Origin: Macrostomum hystrix
Taxonomy: Eukaryota; Animalia; Platyhelminthes
Direction of reading: 5' to 3'
NCBI GenBank assembly: GCA_950097015.1
Contig: CATNEN010000032.1
Span: 1,550,001 to 1,614,000 of the forward strand
DNA: 64,000 bases
The first letter of the stretch is position 1. Each line of letters begins with the position of its first letter. Below, one piece after another: positions 1-11,425 of the stretch. The notes beneath the pieces are model-generated. The model searched no databases. It was not told the DNA's origin and saw nothing but the letters and a program-made list of their open reading frames with translations. The position numbers and the translations under genes were made by a program.

Positions 1-671
1 ATCCAGCTAGATCTCCCATCAAATCCAGCTAGATCTCCCACCATATCCAGCTAGATCTCCCATCAAATCCAGCTAGATCTCCCACCATGTCCAGCTAGAT
101 CTCCTATCAAATCCAGCTAGATCTCCCACCATATCCAGCTAGATCTCCTATCAAATCCAGCTAGATCTCCCTCCATATCCAGCTAGATCTCCCATCAAAT
201 CTAGCTAGATCTCCCACCATATCCAGCTAGATCTCCCACCATATCCAGCTAGATCTCCCATCAAATCTAGCTAGATCTCCCACCATATCCAGCTAGATCT
301 CCTATCAAATCCAGCTAGATCTCTTACCATATCCAGCTAGATCTCCCATCAAATCCAGCTAGATCTCCCAACATATCCAGCTAGATCTCCGATCAAATCC
401 AGATAGATCTCCCATCAAATCCAGCTAGATCTCCCATCAAATCCAGCTAGATCTCCCATCAAATCCAGATATATCTCCCATCAAATCCAGCTAGATCTCC
501 CATCAAATCCAGCTAGATCTCCCATCAAATCCAGCTAGATCTCCCATCAAATCCAGCTAGATCTCCCATCAAATCCAGCTAGATCTCCCATCAAATCCAG
601 CTAGATCTCCCATCAAATCCAGCTAGATCTCCCATCAAATCCAGCTAGATCTCCCATCAAATCCAGCTAGA
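1..671 (+). repeat. 22-bp minisatellite (ATCCAGCTAGATCTCCCATCAA), about 30 units, intronic, runs off the window start
   Basis: Tandem units visible; array starts a few nt after the minus-strand donor GTGAGT at 674-679. Confidence 0.95.
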
Positions 672-679
672 TCACTCAC

Positions 680-1027
680 CGGCAGCCGAAGGTGGCGGTA
701 GTGTAGCCAAGGTGACAAAGCGGTAAGCAAGCCTTAGTCCCTGGTGCGTGATGATTTCATCCGAGTGAAATCTCAGCCACAGAAATCTGCCCGATGACAG
801 AATCGGACGGGCCTCTGGCGCGGAGACTGTCGCCGCTGATTGGCCCGACTTTGGCCGCCATTCGCCGCAGAGCCGGCCGTCTCGACCGTCTGGCAGACCG
901 GGCAGAGGCGGCGAGAAGCCGAAGGGACCGTCGCGAATCTCCAAATAGTCGTTTCGACAGTCAGTGCTTCTCTCAATCAGGTAGGTGGACCGCTGGAAGT
1001 CCAGCTCGATGCGCTGATTGGGCGAGC
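680..1027 (-). CDS. NETO: Internal exon, CUB domain (second part), neuropilin/tolloid-like (NETO-like) protein
   Basis: SPNQRIELDF...IERSTDCRNDYLEIRDGPFGFSP...LCG...SSGRFLWLRFHSD...YRF resembles NETO CUB1 (IEVRDGPFGFSP motif); acceptor AG at 1028-1029, donor GTGAGT at 679-674; 348 nt, phase 1-1. Symbol is family-level. Confidence 0.85.
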
Positions 1028-1148
1028 CTGGCATCGGGACATCGGGACAATGGGCATTTCCGATGGAGTAATGGAGAGCTCCAATTGAGTGACTTGTTCA
1101 TTAAAAATTTTCATTTAATAAATAACACTAAAGGTGTTTTCAACTGAC

Positions 1149-1310
1149 CTTGAATGACCTTAATACAGTCCGCATCATTGGGATACTCGGCCGGGTATCG
1201 AGGCGATGAAAAATAGAAATAATTTTCCGTTGAGCTTTGGCTGCCGATGAAATCTGAGCAAATTGGTGGCTGAAGCGGCAGGGTGCCTGAGGGTGTCCAG
1301 ATTGATAGGT
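1149..1310 (-). CDS. NETO: Internal exon, CUB domain N-terminal part of the same NETO-like gene (not in ORF track)
   Basis: Manual translation PICSDFIGSQSSTENYFYFSSPRYPAEYPNDADCIKVIQ; phase-1 donor GTCAGT at 1148 joins in frame to the exon at 1027; exact acceptor uncertain. Confidence 0.75.
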
Positions 1311-1492
1311 CTATGAGTAATTTAAATCATCGAAACCGTTAATGAGTTAATCTAAAGTTACAGATCTCCCAGCTGCTAAGGGGATATGATGTCTTAACTC
1401 ACCGCTAATTCTGGCTTCGAAAATTGTTGCCATGGAAACCAATACGGCGACACTTTGTACAAGTCTTGCAACTAAAATAGTTTAAAAAGCTA

Positions 1493-3640
1493 AGGTGTCA
1501 CAATGAGGTGTTTATCTGATGACTGAGGTGTCACAATGAGGTGTTTATCTGATGACTGAGGTGTCACAATAAGGTGTTTATCTGATGACTGAGGTGTCCC
1601 AATGAGGTGTTTATCTGATGACTGAGGTGTCCCAATGAGGTGTTTATCTGATGACTGAGGTGTCACAATGAGATGTTTATCTGATGACTGAGGTGTCCCA
1701 ATGAGGTGTTTATCTGATGACTGAGGTGTCCCAATGAGGTGTTTATCTGATGACTGAGGTGTCACAATAAGGTGTTTATCTGATGACTGAGGTGTCCCAA
1801 TGAGGTGTTTATCTGATGACTGAGGTGTCACAATGAGGTGTTTATCTGATGACTGAGGTGTCCCAATGAGGTGTTTATCTGATGACTGAGGTGTCACAAT
1901 GAGATGTTTATCTGATGACTGAGGTGTCACAATGAGGTGTTTATCTGATGACTGAGGTGTCACAATGAGGTGTTTATCTGATGACTGAGGTGTCACAATG
2001 AGGTGTTTATCTGATGACTGAGGTGTCACAATGAGATGTTTATCTGATGACTGAGGTGTCACAATAAGGTGTTTATCTGATGACTGAGGTGTCACAATGA
2101 GATGTTTATCTGATGACTGAGGTGTCACAATGAGATGTTTATCTGATGACTGAGGTGTCCCAATGAGGTGTTTATCTGATGACTGAGGTGTCCCAATGAG
2201 GTGTTTATCTGATGACTGAGGTGTCACAATGAAGTGTTTATCTGATGACTGAGGTGTCCCAATGAGGTGTTTATCTGATGACTGAGGTGTCACAATGAGG
2301 TGTTTATCTGATGACTGAGGTGTCACAATGAGGTGTTTATCTGATGACTGAGGTGTCACAATAAGGTGTTTATCTGATGACTGAGGTGTCCCAATGAGGT
2401 GTTTATCTGATGACTGAGGTGTCCCAATGAGGTGTTTATCTGATGACTGAGGTGTCACAATGAGATGTTTATCTGATGACTGAGGTGTCCCAATGAGGTG
2501 TTTATCTGATGACTGAGGTGTCCCAATGAGGTGTTTATCTGATGACTGAGGTGTCACAATAAGGTGTTTATCTGATGACTGAGGTGTCACAATAAGGTGT
2601 TTATCTGATGACTGAGGTGTCACAATAAGGTGTTTATCTGATGACTGAGGTGTCCCAATGAGGTGTTTATCTGATGACTGAGGTGTCACAATGAAGTGTT
2701 TATCTGATGACTGAGGTGTCCCAATGAGGTGTTTATCTGATGACTGAGGTGTCACAATGAGGTGTTTATCTGATGACTGAGGTGTCACAATGAGGTGTTT
2801 ATCTGATGACTGAGGTGTCACAATGAGGTGTTTATCTGATGACTGAGGTGTCACAATGAGATGTTTATCTGATGACTGAGGTGTCACAATAAGGTGTTTA
2901 TCTGATGACTGAGGTGTCACAATGAGATGTTTATCTGATGACTGAGGTGTCACAATGAGATGTTTATCTGATGACTGAGGTGTCCCAATGAGGTGTTTAT
3001 CTGATGACTGAGGTGTCACAATGAGGTGTTTATCTGATGACTGAGGTGTCACAATGAGATGTTTATCTGATAACTGAGGTGTCCCAATGAGGTGTTTATC
3101 TGATGACTGAGGTGTCACAATGAGGTGTTTATCTGATGACTGAGGTGTCCCAATGAGATGTTTATCTGATGACTGAGGTGTCCCAATGAGATGTTTATCT
3201 GATGACTGAGGTGTCCCAATGAAGTGTTTATCTGATGACTGAGGTGTCACAATGAAGTGTTTATCTGATGACTGAGGTGTCACAATGAGGTGTTTATCTG
3301 ATGACTGAGGTGTCACAATGAGGTGTTTATCTGATGACTGAGGTGTCACAATGAGGTGTTTATCTGATGACTGAGGTGTCACAATGAGGTGTTTATCTGA
3401 TGACTGAGGTGTCCCAATGAGATGTTTATCTGATGACTGAGGTGTCACAATGAGGTGTTTATCTGATGACTGAGGTGTCACAATGAGGTGTTTATCTGAT
3501 GACTGAGGCGTCACAATGAGGTGTTTATCTGATGACTGAGGTGTCCCAATGAAGTGTTTATCTGATGACTGAGGTGTCCCAATGAAGTGTTTATCTGATG
3601 ACTGAGGTGTCCCAATGAAGTGTTTATCTGATGACTGAGG
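1493..3640 (+). repeat. 33-bp minisatellite (GAGGTGTCACAATGAGGTGTTTATCTGATGACT), about 65 units
   Basis: Near-identical tandem units; explains the 718-aa repeat ORF. Confidence 0.97.
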
Positions 3641-4239
3641 TATCATCTGATTTCAAGGTTGTAGTAGAAGAATTTGAACTTACACAAAAGGCCGAGCATA
3701 TTATCTAGTAGATTTCCATCAACTAGTCCTGTGATAGCCTGGCCCAATCGATTTGCTCACATCAAGCAGAAAAGGTCGGAATTCGTGCTCAAATTTCGCA
3801 AGCAGAAGAACGAGTTTTTCGTTCAAAATTTGTGAGCAATCGACTTAAAGAAAGCAAAAATCTATACGGTCGTATGAGAACTAGTTGAAAACCGGTCAGA
3901 TTGTCTCTGAAATTAAACTCTGAGAAAGCCAAAAATGGTCATTCAGTGCTGGTGTGGGCGGTTAAACCAAGTCCCGATTAGCTGGTTTTCTCTCATTGGC
4001 TAGAGGCTCTGGGCTAATATCTGACACAGAGCATCGGGGTAAAGTTTTCAGGGTCAGAGCTGAATGTGTCCAATCAGTTGGCACCTTAATTATGCTGATG
4101 AGGCAGGGCGTAGGGAATGCTAAAGATGCCAAATGCGCCAGATTTCTCTGGACTGCGGCGGAGTCTTACTTTAGTGCCCGGTGTACTTTTAGCCGGACTG
4201 GGGGAGTCGGCGATACTGCTTTGTCCTGTTCAATCTCAG

Positions 4240-5827
4240 AGCCGAAATTTCGGAAATGGCAGATCCGAAATCGATTCTTCATGCCAACCGAAATTTCAGA
4301 AATGGCAGATCCGAAATCGATTCTTTATCCCAACCGAAATTTCAGAAATGGCAGATCCGAAATCGATTCTTTATGCCAACCGAAATTTCAGAAATGGCAG
4401 ATCCGAAATCGATTCTTCATGCCAACCGAAATTTCAGAAATGGCAGATCCGAAATCGATTCTTCATGCCAACCATAATTTCGGAAATGGCAGATCTGAAA
4501 TCGATTCTTCATGCCAACCGAAATTTCAGAAATGGCAGATCCGAAATCGATTCTTCATGCCAACCGAAATTTCAGAAATGGCAGATCCGAAATCGATTCT
4601 TCATGCCAACCGAAATTTCAGAAATGGCAGATCCGAAATCGATTCTTCATGCCAACCGAAATTTCAGAAATGGCAGATCCGAAATCGATTCTTCATGCCA
4701 ACCGAAATTTCAGAAATGGCAGATCCGAAATCGATTCTTTATGCCAACCGAAATTTCAGAAATGGCAGATCCGAAATCGATTCTTTATCCCAACCGAAAT
4801 TTCAGAAATGGCAGATCCGAAATCGATTCTTCATGCCAACCGAAATTTCAGAAATGGCAGATCCGAAATCGATTCTTCATGCCAACCGAAATTTCAGAAA
4901 TGGCAGATCCGAAATCGATTCTTTATGCCAACCGAAATTTCAGAAAATGGCAGATCCGAAATCGATTCTTTATCCCAACCGAAATTTCAGAAATGGCAGA
5001 TCCGAAATCGATTCTTCATGCCAACCGAAATTTCAGAAATGGCAGATCCGAAATCGATTCTTCATGCCAACCGAAATTTCAGAAATGGCAGATCCGAAAT
5101 CGATTCTTCATGCCAACCGAAATTTCAGAAATGGCAGATCCGAAATCGATTCTTCATGCCAACCGAAATTTCAGAAAATGGCAGATCCGAAATCGATTCT
5201 TCATGCCAACCGAAATTTCGGAAATGGCAGATCCGAAATCGATTCTTCATGCCAACCGAAATTTCGGAAATGGCAGATCCGAAATCGATTTTTTATCCCA
5301 ACCGAAATTTCAGAAAATGGCAGATCCGAAATCGATTCTTCATGCCAACCGAAATTTCAGAAATGGCAGATCCGAAATCGATTTTTTATCCCAACCGAAA
5401 TTTCAGAAAATGGCAGATCCGAAATCGATTCTTTATGCCAACCATAATTTCAGAAATGGCAGATCCGAAATCGATTCTTCATGCCAACCGAAATTTCAGA
5501 AATGGCAGATCCGAAATCGATTTTTTATCCCAACCGAAATTTCAGAAAATGGCAGATCCGAAATCGATTCTTTATGCCAACCATAATTTCAGAAATGGCA
5601 GATCCGAAATCGATTCTTCATGCCAACCGAAATTTCAGAAATGGCAGATCCGAAATCGATTTTTTATCCCAACCGAAATTTCAGAAAATGGCAGATCCGA
5701 AATCGATTCTTTATGCCAACCATAATTTCAGAAATGGCAGATCCGAAATCGATTCTTTATCCCAACCGAAATTTCAGAAATGGCAGATCCGAAATCGATT
5801 CTTCATGCCAACCGAAATTTCGGAAAT
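4240..5827 (+). repeat. 46-bp minisatellite (GAAATGGCAGATCCGAAATCGATTCTTCATGCCAACCGAAATTTCA), about 34 units, some 47-bp variants
   Basis: Tandem units; rotating-frame ORFs in all three + frames. Confidence 0.97.
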
Positions 5828-7038
5828 GAAAAATTGAATATCTCATCGATGCCGATGTTTAGTAATTCTGGAAATTGTTTCATCGGATAGAGTGGAAGAA
5901 TCTAGTCTGTTTACTGGACTCTCGTGGGATTAGTTGAATATTTTTGAAGGTACAGAAAAAAAATTGGGCATTTTAAATACCGCTGGAGAAGCTACTAACA
6001 GTAGGTGAGTGCGAACCTCGACGCCCCACCTCTCAGTAGGTACACGATTAGGTGGAAATCACGAGATACCTAAACTGAGAAGCAAATTCGGCTGACAAAG
6101 ATGGGGATTACTAGAGAAGCAGGCACAATTGCCGTCACGCAACAGGGATTCTTGAGGATGATTCTTCTCGAACTGAAGGACAAGAAAGAAAAGCAGATCC
6201 TCTGGCCCGGCTCGCCGGCTTGAGCTGGTTCAGTTAGACTGTCTCCCCATTTCCTTAGAGGGGCAGAGAACCTGGAAACACTGAGGAGAAATTCTTGTGT
6301 CAGGAAGAGGATGGGATGCTAAATTGGGGAAGTGATTTCGTATACGCAGACTGGATGTACATTCGCAAAATTGGGGAGTCAGAAGCAGGGAAGGGCCTGG
6401 CCCACCCACCCCCTGCTTCACCTTGCCGGCGCAGCTGCGAATTAGTAAAGGAGAGCAGGACGGCTCGGGGAAGAATGGCAGCGGACTCAAGGTGTACTCA
6501 GCAGCGAGTGAGCAGGCCTACGGGAAGAAAAATCAGAAGAGAGAATGAGCGGGGCGAGCTTCTAAAAGCAGAGACATCGGCAAAAACCCTCTAAATACTT
6601 CTCTGTGCTGACAGGAGTCGAGTTGTTAAAGGCTTTCACAGAGCTGTGGGTACCGGCTTGGATGCAGTCTTGATTGCTTAGCAACAAAGGCTAACCCGAG
6701 AGCTTGTCCGAATATCTAGACCCGGAGAAGGTAAGCCACACTGGTTCTACATTTCCGGGTGCTATGTAAATTCCAGTTCCTTTAGTAGGTACGAGTAAAA
6801 CTAATTTTATTTAAATCTGCTGTCTAAATTAAATTACTTTTCGTTTGCTAAATCTTTTACTTACTAAGTAATCACAGCGGTTATTTAACAACAAAGAATA
6901 GATTAGAAAAAACCTTTACAAGAATATGATTTGGGTAGGTAAGAAATTGCAATATTTAAGCGGGAGATAATATAATTTTAAGAGCTAATTTGTTCATATT
7001 TCTACTGTCAGTAGCAGTTTGTGTACTACTTTTACAGA

Positions 7039-7239
7039 ATGTCGTCCATCGCCCAGCAGAAGAAGATTGTTGAACAGCTGAGAGCGGAGGCCAGCATGGC
7101 GCGCAAGCCGGTGTCCGAGTGCGTGAAGGACATGATCCACTTCATGGATAGCAACAAGGAGAAGGACTGCCTGGTGTCCGGCTTTCAGTCCAAGAAGGAC
7201 AATCCATTCCAGGAGAAGGGCGGCTGCGCCCTGCTCTGA
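7039..7239 (+). CDS. Heterotrimeric G-protein gamma subunit, 66 aa
   Basis: MSSIAQQKKIVEQLRAEASMARKPVSEC...KDNPFQEKGGCALL: GGL domain, NPF motif, CaaX box; acceptor TTTACAG just before ATG, candidate upstream donor AG|GTAAGC at 6731, AATAAA near 7555. Confidence 0.95.
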   Translation: MSSIAQQKKIVEQLRAEASMARKPVSECVKDMIHFMDSNKEKDCLVSGFQSKKDNPFQEKGGCALL

Positions 7240-7629
7240 AGCAGCGATGCTAGAACGGTGGCTTGGCCCAGACTGTTACCTGTAATTACCTGATTTGTTG
7301 TACTTTTTGCGCACCGAAGTTCGTCCAGAATTTTGCACCGCCACAATCCAAGCTTGCTCCACTGATCTCTTAACTTTTTCCCCCAACACTGAATGGCATA
7401 TTGACAGCTAGTTCTGTTTTTGTCGGTAGAAAAAAATGAACGAAAACGGTGTTGTTCAATTGTTTTTAGAAGAGCACGGCTAAATGACCCACTGTGTCGT
7501 TTGCACTTAAAAAGTAAATGAAGAAGCATTTTGTTGTCCATTATTTTCTGTCTAAATAAAAACAAAAAAGTCCACAAAATAATCACATTTCTACTTTAAG
7601 TAGAATACATAGATAATAAGTGAAAAAAT

Positions 7630-7990
7630 GGTGAGTAGCATAGCAGTCAAATGCGGTTGCTTCTCGCACCAAGGTCCCTGAGCTCGATTCCGCGACGAGG
7701 CCACATTCGTTTGGGACGCAGCCGCAGAAGCAGAAGGCTTCGGGCTTGTCGTGCAATTCACGCCATGGAGGGCCAACCTCCAAGGCACAGTGAGAGTGTA
7801 CACTGCCTGACGATGAGAAAGTCAGGGCAGACGTACACACCTGTGTGAGGGTGTGCCTGCGTACGGCATCTGTGTGCGTGTGTGCTCAGGAGTCAGCGAA
7901 ATGTACAGATTGCCTCCTCGCTGGCTGCGGGTCTAGTGTCACCTAATGATGTGCCATTGCCCGCAGCCCTCCTGCAATTATTATTATTAA
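7630..7990 (+). mobile_element. tRNA-derived SINE copy 1
   Basis: Degenerate A box, B-box-like GCTCGATTCC, body shared with copies at 42.6, 56.3, 56.5 and 59.2 kb, (TTA)n tail. Confidence 0.8.
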
Positions 7991-8239
7991 ATGTCAATTA
8001 AACTGTCAATTAAAATGTCAATTGCGAGTAAAATGTGAAAAAACTGTCTTAAAAACAGAAACCAATTCTCGCTTATGTAACTTTCTTATTAATAGCTTTC
8101 GTTTAAGAAGAATCCGTTACTTATAATAAGTATATTTCAATAAGAATTTCGAGCGTCAAGAAATTACAGAACAAGCCATCTATGATCGCTCTTGAAAATG
8201 CAAATTGCTGTACAGGGATATACAGGGCGGAGAGACATC

Positions 8240-8934
8240 CTGACACCTGATCCTATCCCATGGGTCAGACACCCTGACAGCTGACCATCCCGTGTGTCAG
8301 ACACCCTGACAGCTGACTATCCCATGTGTCAGACACCCTGACAGCTGACTATCCCATGTGTCAGACACCCTGACAGCTGACTATCCCGTGTGTCAGACAC
8401 CCTGACAGCTGACTATCCCATGTGTCAGACACCCTGACAGCTGACTATCCCATGTGTCAGACACCCTGACAGCTGACTATCCCATGTGTCAGACACCCTG
8501 ACAGCTGACTATCCCGTGTGTCAGACACCCTGACAGCTGACTATCCCGTGTGTCAGACACCCTGACAGCTGACTATCCCGTGTGTCAGACACCCTGACAG
8601 CTGACTATCCCGTGTGTCAGACACCCTGACAGCTGACTATCCCGTGTGTCAGACACCCTGACAGCTGACTATCCCGTGTGTCAGACACCCTGACAGCTGA
8701 CTATCCCGTGTGTCAGACACCCTGACAGCTGACTATCCCGTGTGTCAGACGCACTGACAGCTGACAGCTGACAGCTCCCATGTGTCAGACACCCTGACAG
8801 CTGACCATCCCGTGTGTCAGACACACTGACAGCTGACTATCCCATGTGTCAGACACCCTGACAGCTGACCATCCCGTGTGTCAGACACCCTGACAGCTGA
8901 CTATCCCGTGTGTCAGACACCCTGACAGCTGACT
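8240..8934 (+). repeat. 32-bp minisatellite (CTGACAGCTGACTATCCCGTGTGTCAGACACC), about 21 units
   Basis: Tandem units ending about 40 nt from the sulfotransferase stop codon. Confidence 0.95.
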
Positions 8935-8973
8935 GAATATCAGCTAGAGTGTCATCCGTCGTCTCAGCTTATC

Positions 8974-9456
8974 TCACAGCCGCCAGAGAAATCGTCGACC
9001 AACAAGACGCTCGAAGCGGCTGACGTGTGGCCTCAAGAAATCGGCCAACAGTCGTCGAGTTGACGGCCTCAACGGCGGGTGCTGCCGACCCTTCGAGGCT
9101 GACAGGCAGCCACTCGGGACGACACTGGCTGTGCCGTTACCAGCCGAGGAAGCGATGCAGTAGAAGCCCCGCGTGGCGTTGAAATAGAACATGTCCGGAC
9201 GAAGCCACGGCTTCAAGCCCAGTGCAGCCTCCAATCTCTGCATCTCGGCGAAGGGCCGTCGGGCCAGATCATCGCCGTCAACAATGTGAAACAGGCCGGG
9301 CGGAAAGTGCGCCAAAAACCTACGCATCTGAACATCGTAGAGTGACCGTCGCAGTGGTCGGTACCGACGATTGAGTCTTCGACTGCGGCCAGGCAGCATG
9401 AGTAGCTGCTCAAGCGGTGGATGATGACAACCGCGACGACGCCGATTGGATGACAC
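8974..9456 (-). CDS. HS3ST1: Heparan sulfate glucosamine 3-O-sulfotransferase, exon 2
   Basis: RSLY...FHIVDGDDL...FYFNATRGFYC...CLSASKGRQHP...LVGRRFLW resembles the HS3ST1/5 C-terminus; acceptor CCAG at 9457, phase 0. Confidence 0.9.
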   Translation of the reverse strand: MSSNRRRRGCHHPPLEQLLMLPGRSRRLNRRYRPLRRSLYDVQMRRFLAHFPPGLFHIVDGDDLARRPFAEMQRLEAALGLKPWLRPDMFYFNATRGFYCIASSAGNGTASVVPSGCLSASKGRQHPPLRPSTRRLLADFLRPHVSRFERLVGRRFLWRL

Positions 9457-9633
9457 CTGGCGGCAATTTTTTTAAGAAAATAAATTAATATCCACAAAAA
9501 TACCTTATGCGAACTAGCTTGAAACTGCTTCTTAGAAACAAGATTATTGGAAAATTTATTGTTAGAGACTTGATTCTTGGAAACTAGATTCTTAGAAACT
9601 AGATTCTTGGAAACCTGATTCTTGGAAACTCAC

Positions 9634-10434
9634 CTGAGCATAGTCGGACAAGAGCCTGTCGATAGGATTTCTCACCACCAGCACCAGCTTGCGCAACAGC
9701 GGCCTGGACAAAGCCTCGTCGGCGCCGTCGAGTCTGAAGAAGCTCCGAATCCTGGCCGGCACGGCGCGGCTGTGAAAATAGGCAGGAGTCTTCTCCACGG
9801 TCATCTGGCCCGGAAGCGACCGCGGCATCCGGCTGCGGTAGATCCCAGCTGTGCGCCCGCCATCGTCGGGCAGCCGGTCGAAGAAGTGAGCCTCGCGCTC
9901 GGCGGCTGCCACATCCGGGTGGAGGGAGAGAAAGCGGAGCGCTGCGCGGGTGCCGCCTTTGCGCACTCCGGCGATCAGGCAGGCGGGCAGACGACGTCGG
10001 AGACCACCGTCGAGGGCGGATGGACCAGCGGAAAGGGCAGATTTGAGAGCGGATGATCCGTCAGGAGGGGCGGATTTAAGAGCGGATGATCCGTCAGGAG
10101 GGGCGGATTTGAGAGCAGATGATCCGTCAGGAGGGGCGAATTTGAGAGCGGATAATTTGTCAGGAGTGGCGGATTTGAGAGCGGATAATCCGTCAGTAGG
10201 GGCGGATTTGAGAGCGGATGATCCGTCAGGAGTGGCGGATTTGAGAGCGGATGATTCATCGGGAGGGGCGGATTTGAGAGCGGAGGATATAAAGCGTGGG
10301 AAGGACTCAATTGTTGATGATAATGACTCAATGGGAGGTGCGGAATCCAGGGCGGATGATCCATAGATAGGTGCGAAGTCATCAGCAGAGTTGCTGAAGG
10401 ATGTCAACAGCAGCAGCAGCAGCAGCAGCAGCAT
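9634..10434 (-). CDS. HS3ST1: Heparan sulfate glucosamine 3-O-sulfotransferase, exon 1 (signal peptide, repeat stem, PAPS-binding loop)
   Basis: LPACLIAGVRKGGTRA...SLHPDVAAAEREAHFFD...VEKTPAYF...RNPIDRLLSDYAQ; donor CAG|GTGAGT at 9633; ortholog assignment is family-level. Confidence 0.9.
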
Positions 10435-10835
10435 CTGCAGCCTGAATTTAGGTAGGCACCAAAAAAATTAGAATACACTTCTAAGTTTAAAGCCTCAATG
10501 CAGAATCTTGCATGCTCTCCTGTGAGCATTCCGCATCTCCGTACAGCTCTACTCAGATAAATGCAAACTGTCACTACTGCATTATCCCATCACTATGGCT
10601 TGCTTCCTGCACAATGGAATAAGAGGAATGGAAGAGATTAATGACTTTGCCCTGTCCGCAGCGCAAAGAGAGTAGAAAAAGGCATAGAGGTAAAATAGCC
10701 CTCAGGTGAAAAATAGCCCTCAACGTAGTTCGAGTGCTTCCGTTCACAAGCTTTGCGACTTGTGAAAAGCTTGTCGCTTGATCACAAAGCGACTTGAAAC
10801 TTTATGACCGACTAAAACTTTTTCTGACGTCTGAC

Positions 10836-11425
10836 AAACGGGATAGTCAGCTGTCAGGGTGGCTGACACATGGGATAGTCAGCTGTCAGTGCGTCTGACA
10901 CACGGGATAATCAGCGTCAGGGTGTCTGACACACTGACACACATGTCATGTGACACACACAAGGGATAGTCAGCTGTCAGTGCGTCTGACACATGGGACA
11001 GTCAGCTGTCAGTGTGTCTGACACACGGGGTAGTCAGCTGTCAGTGTGTCTGACACATGGGATAGTCAGCTGTCAGTGTGTCTGTCACACAGGATAGTCA
11101 GCTGTCAGTGTGTCTGACACACGGGATAGTCAGCTGTCAGGGTGTCTGTCACACGGGATAGTCAGCTGTCAGTGTGTCTGACACACGGGATAGTCAGCTG
11201 TCAGTGTGTCTGTCACACGGGATAGTCAGCTGTCAGTGTGTCTGACACACGGGATAGTCAGCTGTCAGTGTGTCTGACACACGGGATAGTCAGCTGTCAG
11301 TGTGTCTGTCACACGGGATAGTCAGCTGTCAGTGTGTCTGTCACACGGGATAATCAGCGTCAGGGTGTCTGACACACTGACACACATGTCATGTGACACA
11401 CACAAGGGATAGTCAGCTGTCAGTA
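10836..11425 (-). repeat. Reverse-complement array of the same 32-bp minisatellite family, about 18 units
   Basis: GGGATAGTCAGCTGTCAGTGTGTCTGACACAC is the reverse complement of the 8240-8934 unit (minor variant). Confidence 0.93.

Noticed and set aside
1493-3640. CTGATGA in each unit suggesting hammerhead core or C/D box
   Set aside because: No GAAA/stem II or guide structure; unit too short
1490-3646. 718-aa ORF of 11-aa repeats with AG directly before ATG
   Set aside because: A stop-free frame is expected for a 33-bp unit; no signal peptide, unique domain or splice donor. RNA-seq would be needed to revive it
3996-5837. Several long + strand ORFs
   Set aside because: Translations of the 46-bp array in rotating frames
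7805-7832. CTGACGA...GAAA in the SINE as a hammerhead ribozyme
   Set aside because: Only 3 nt between the motifs, no stem II; it is a simple hairpin
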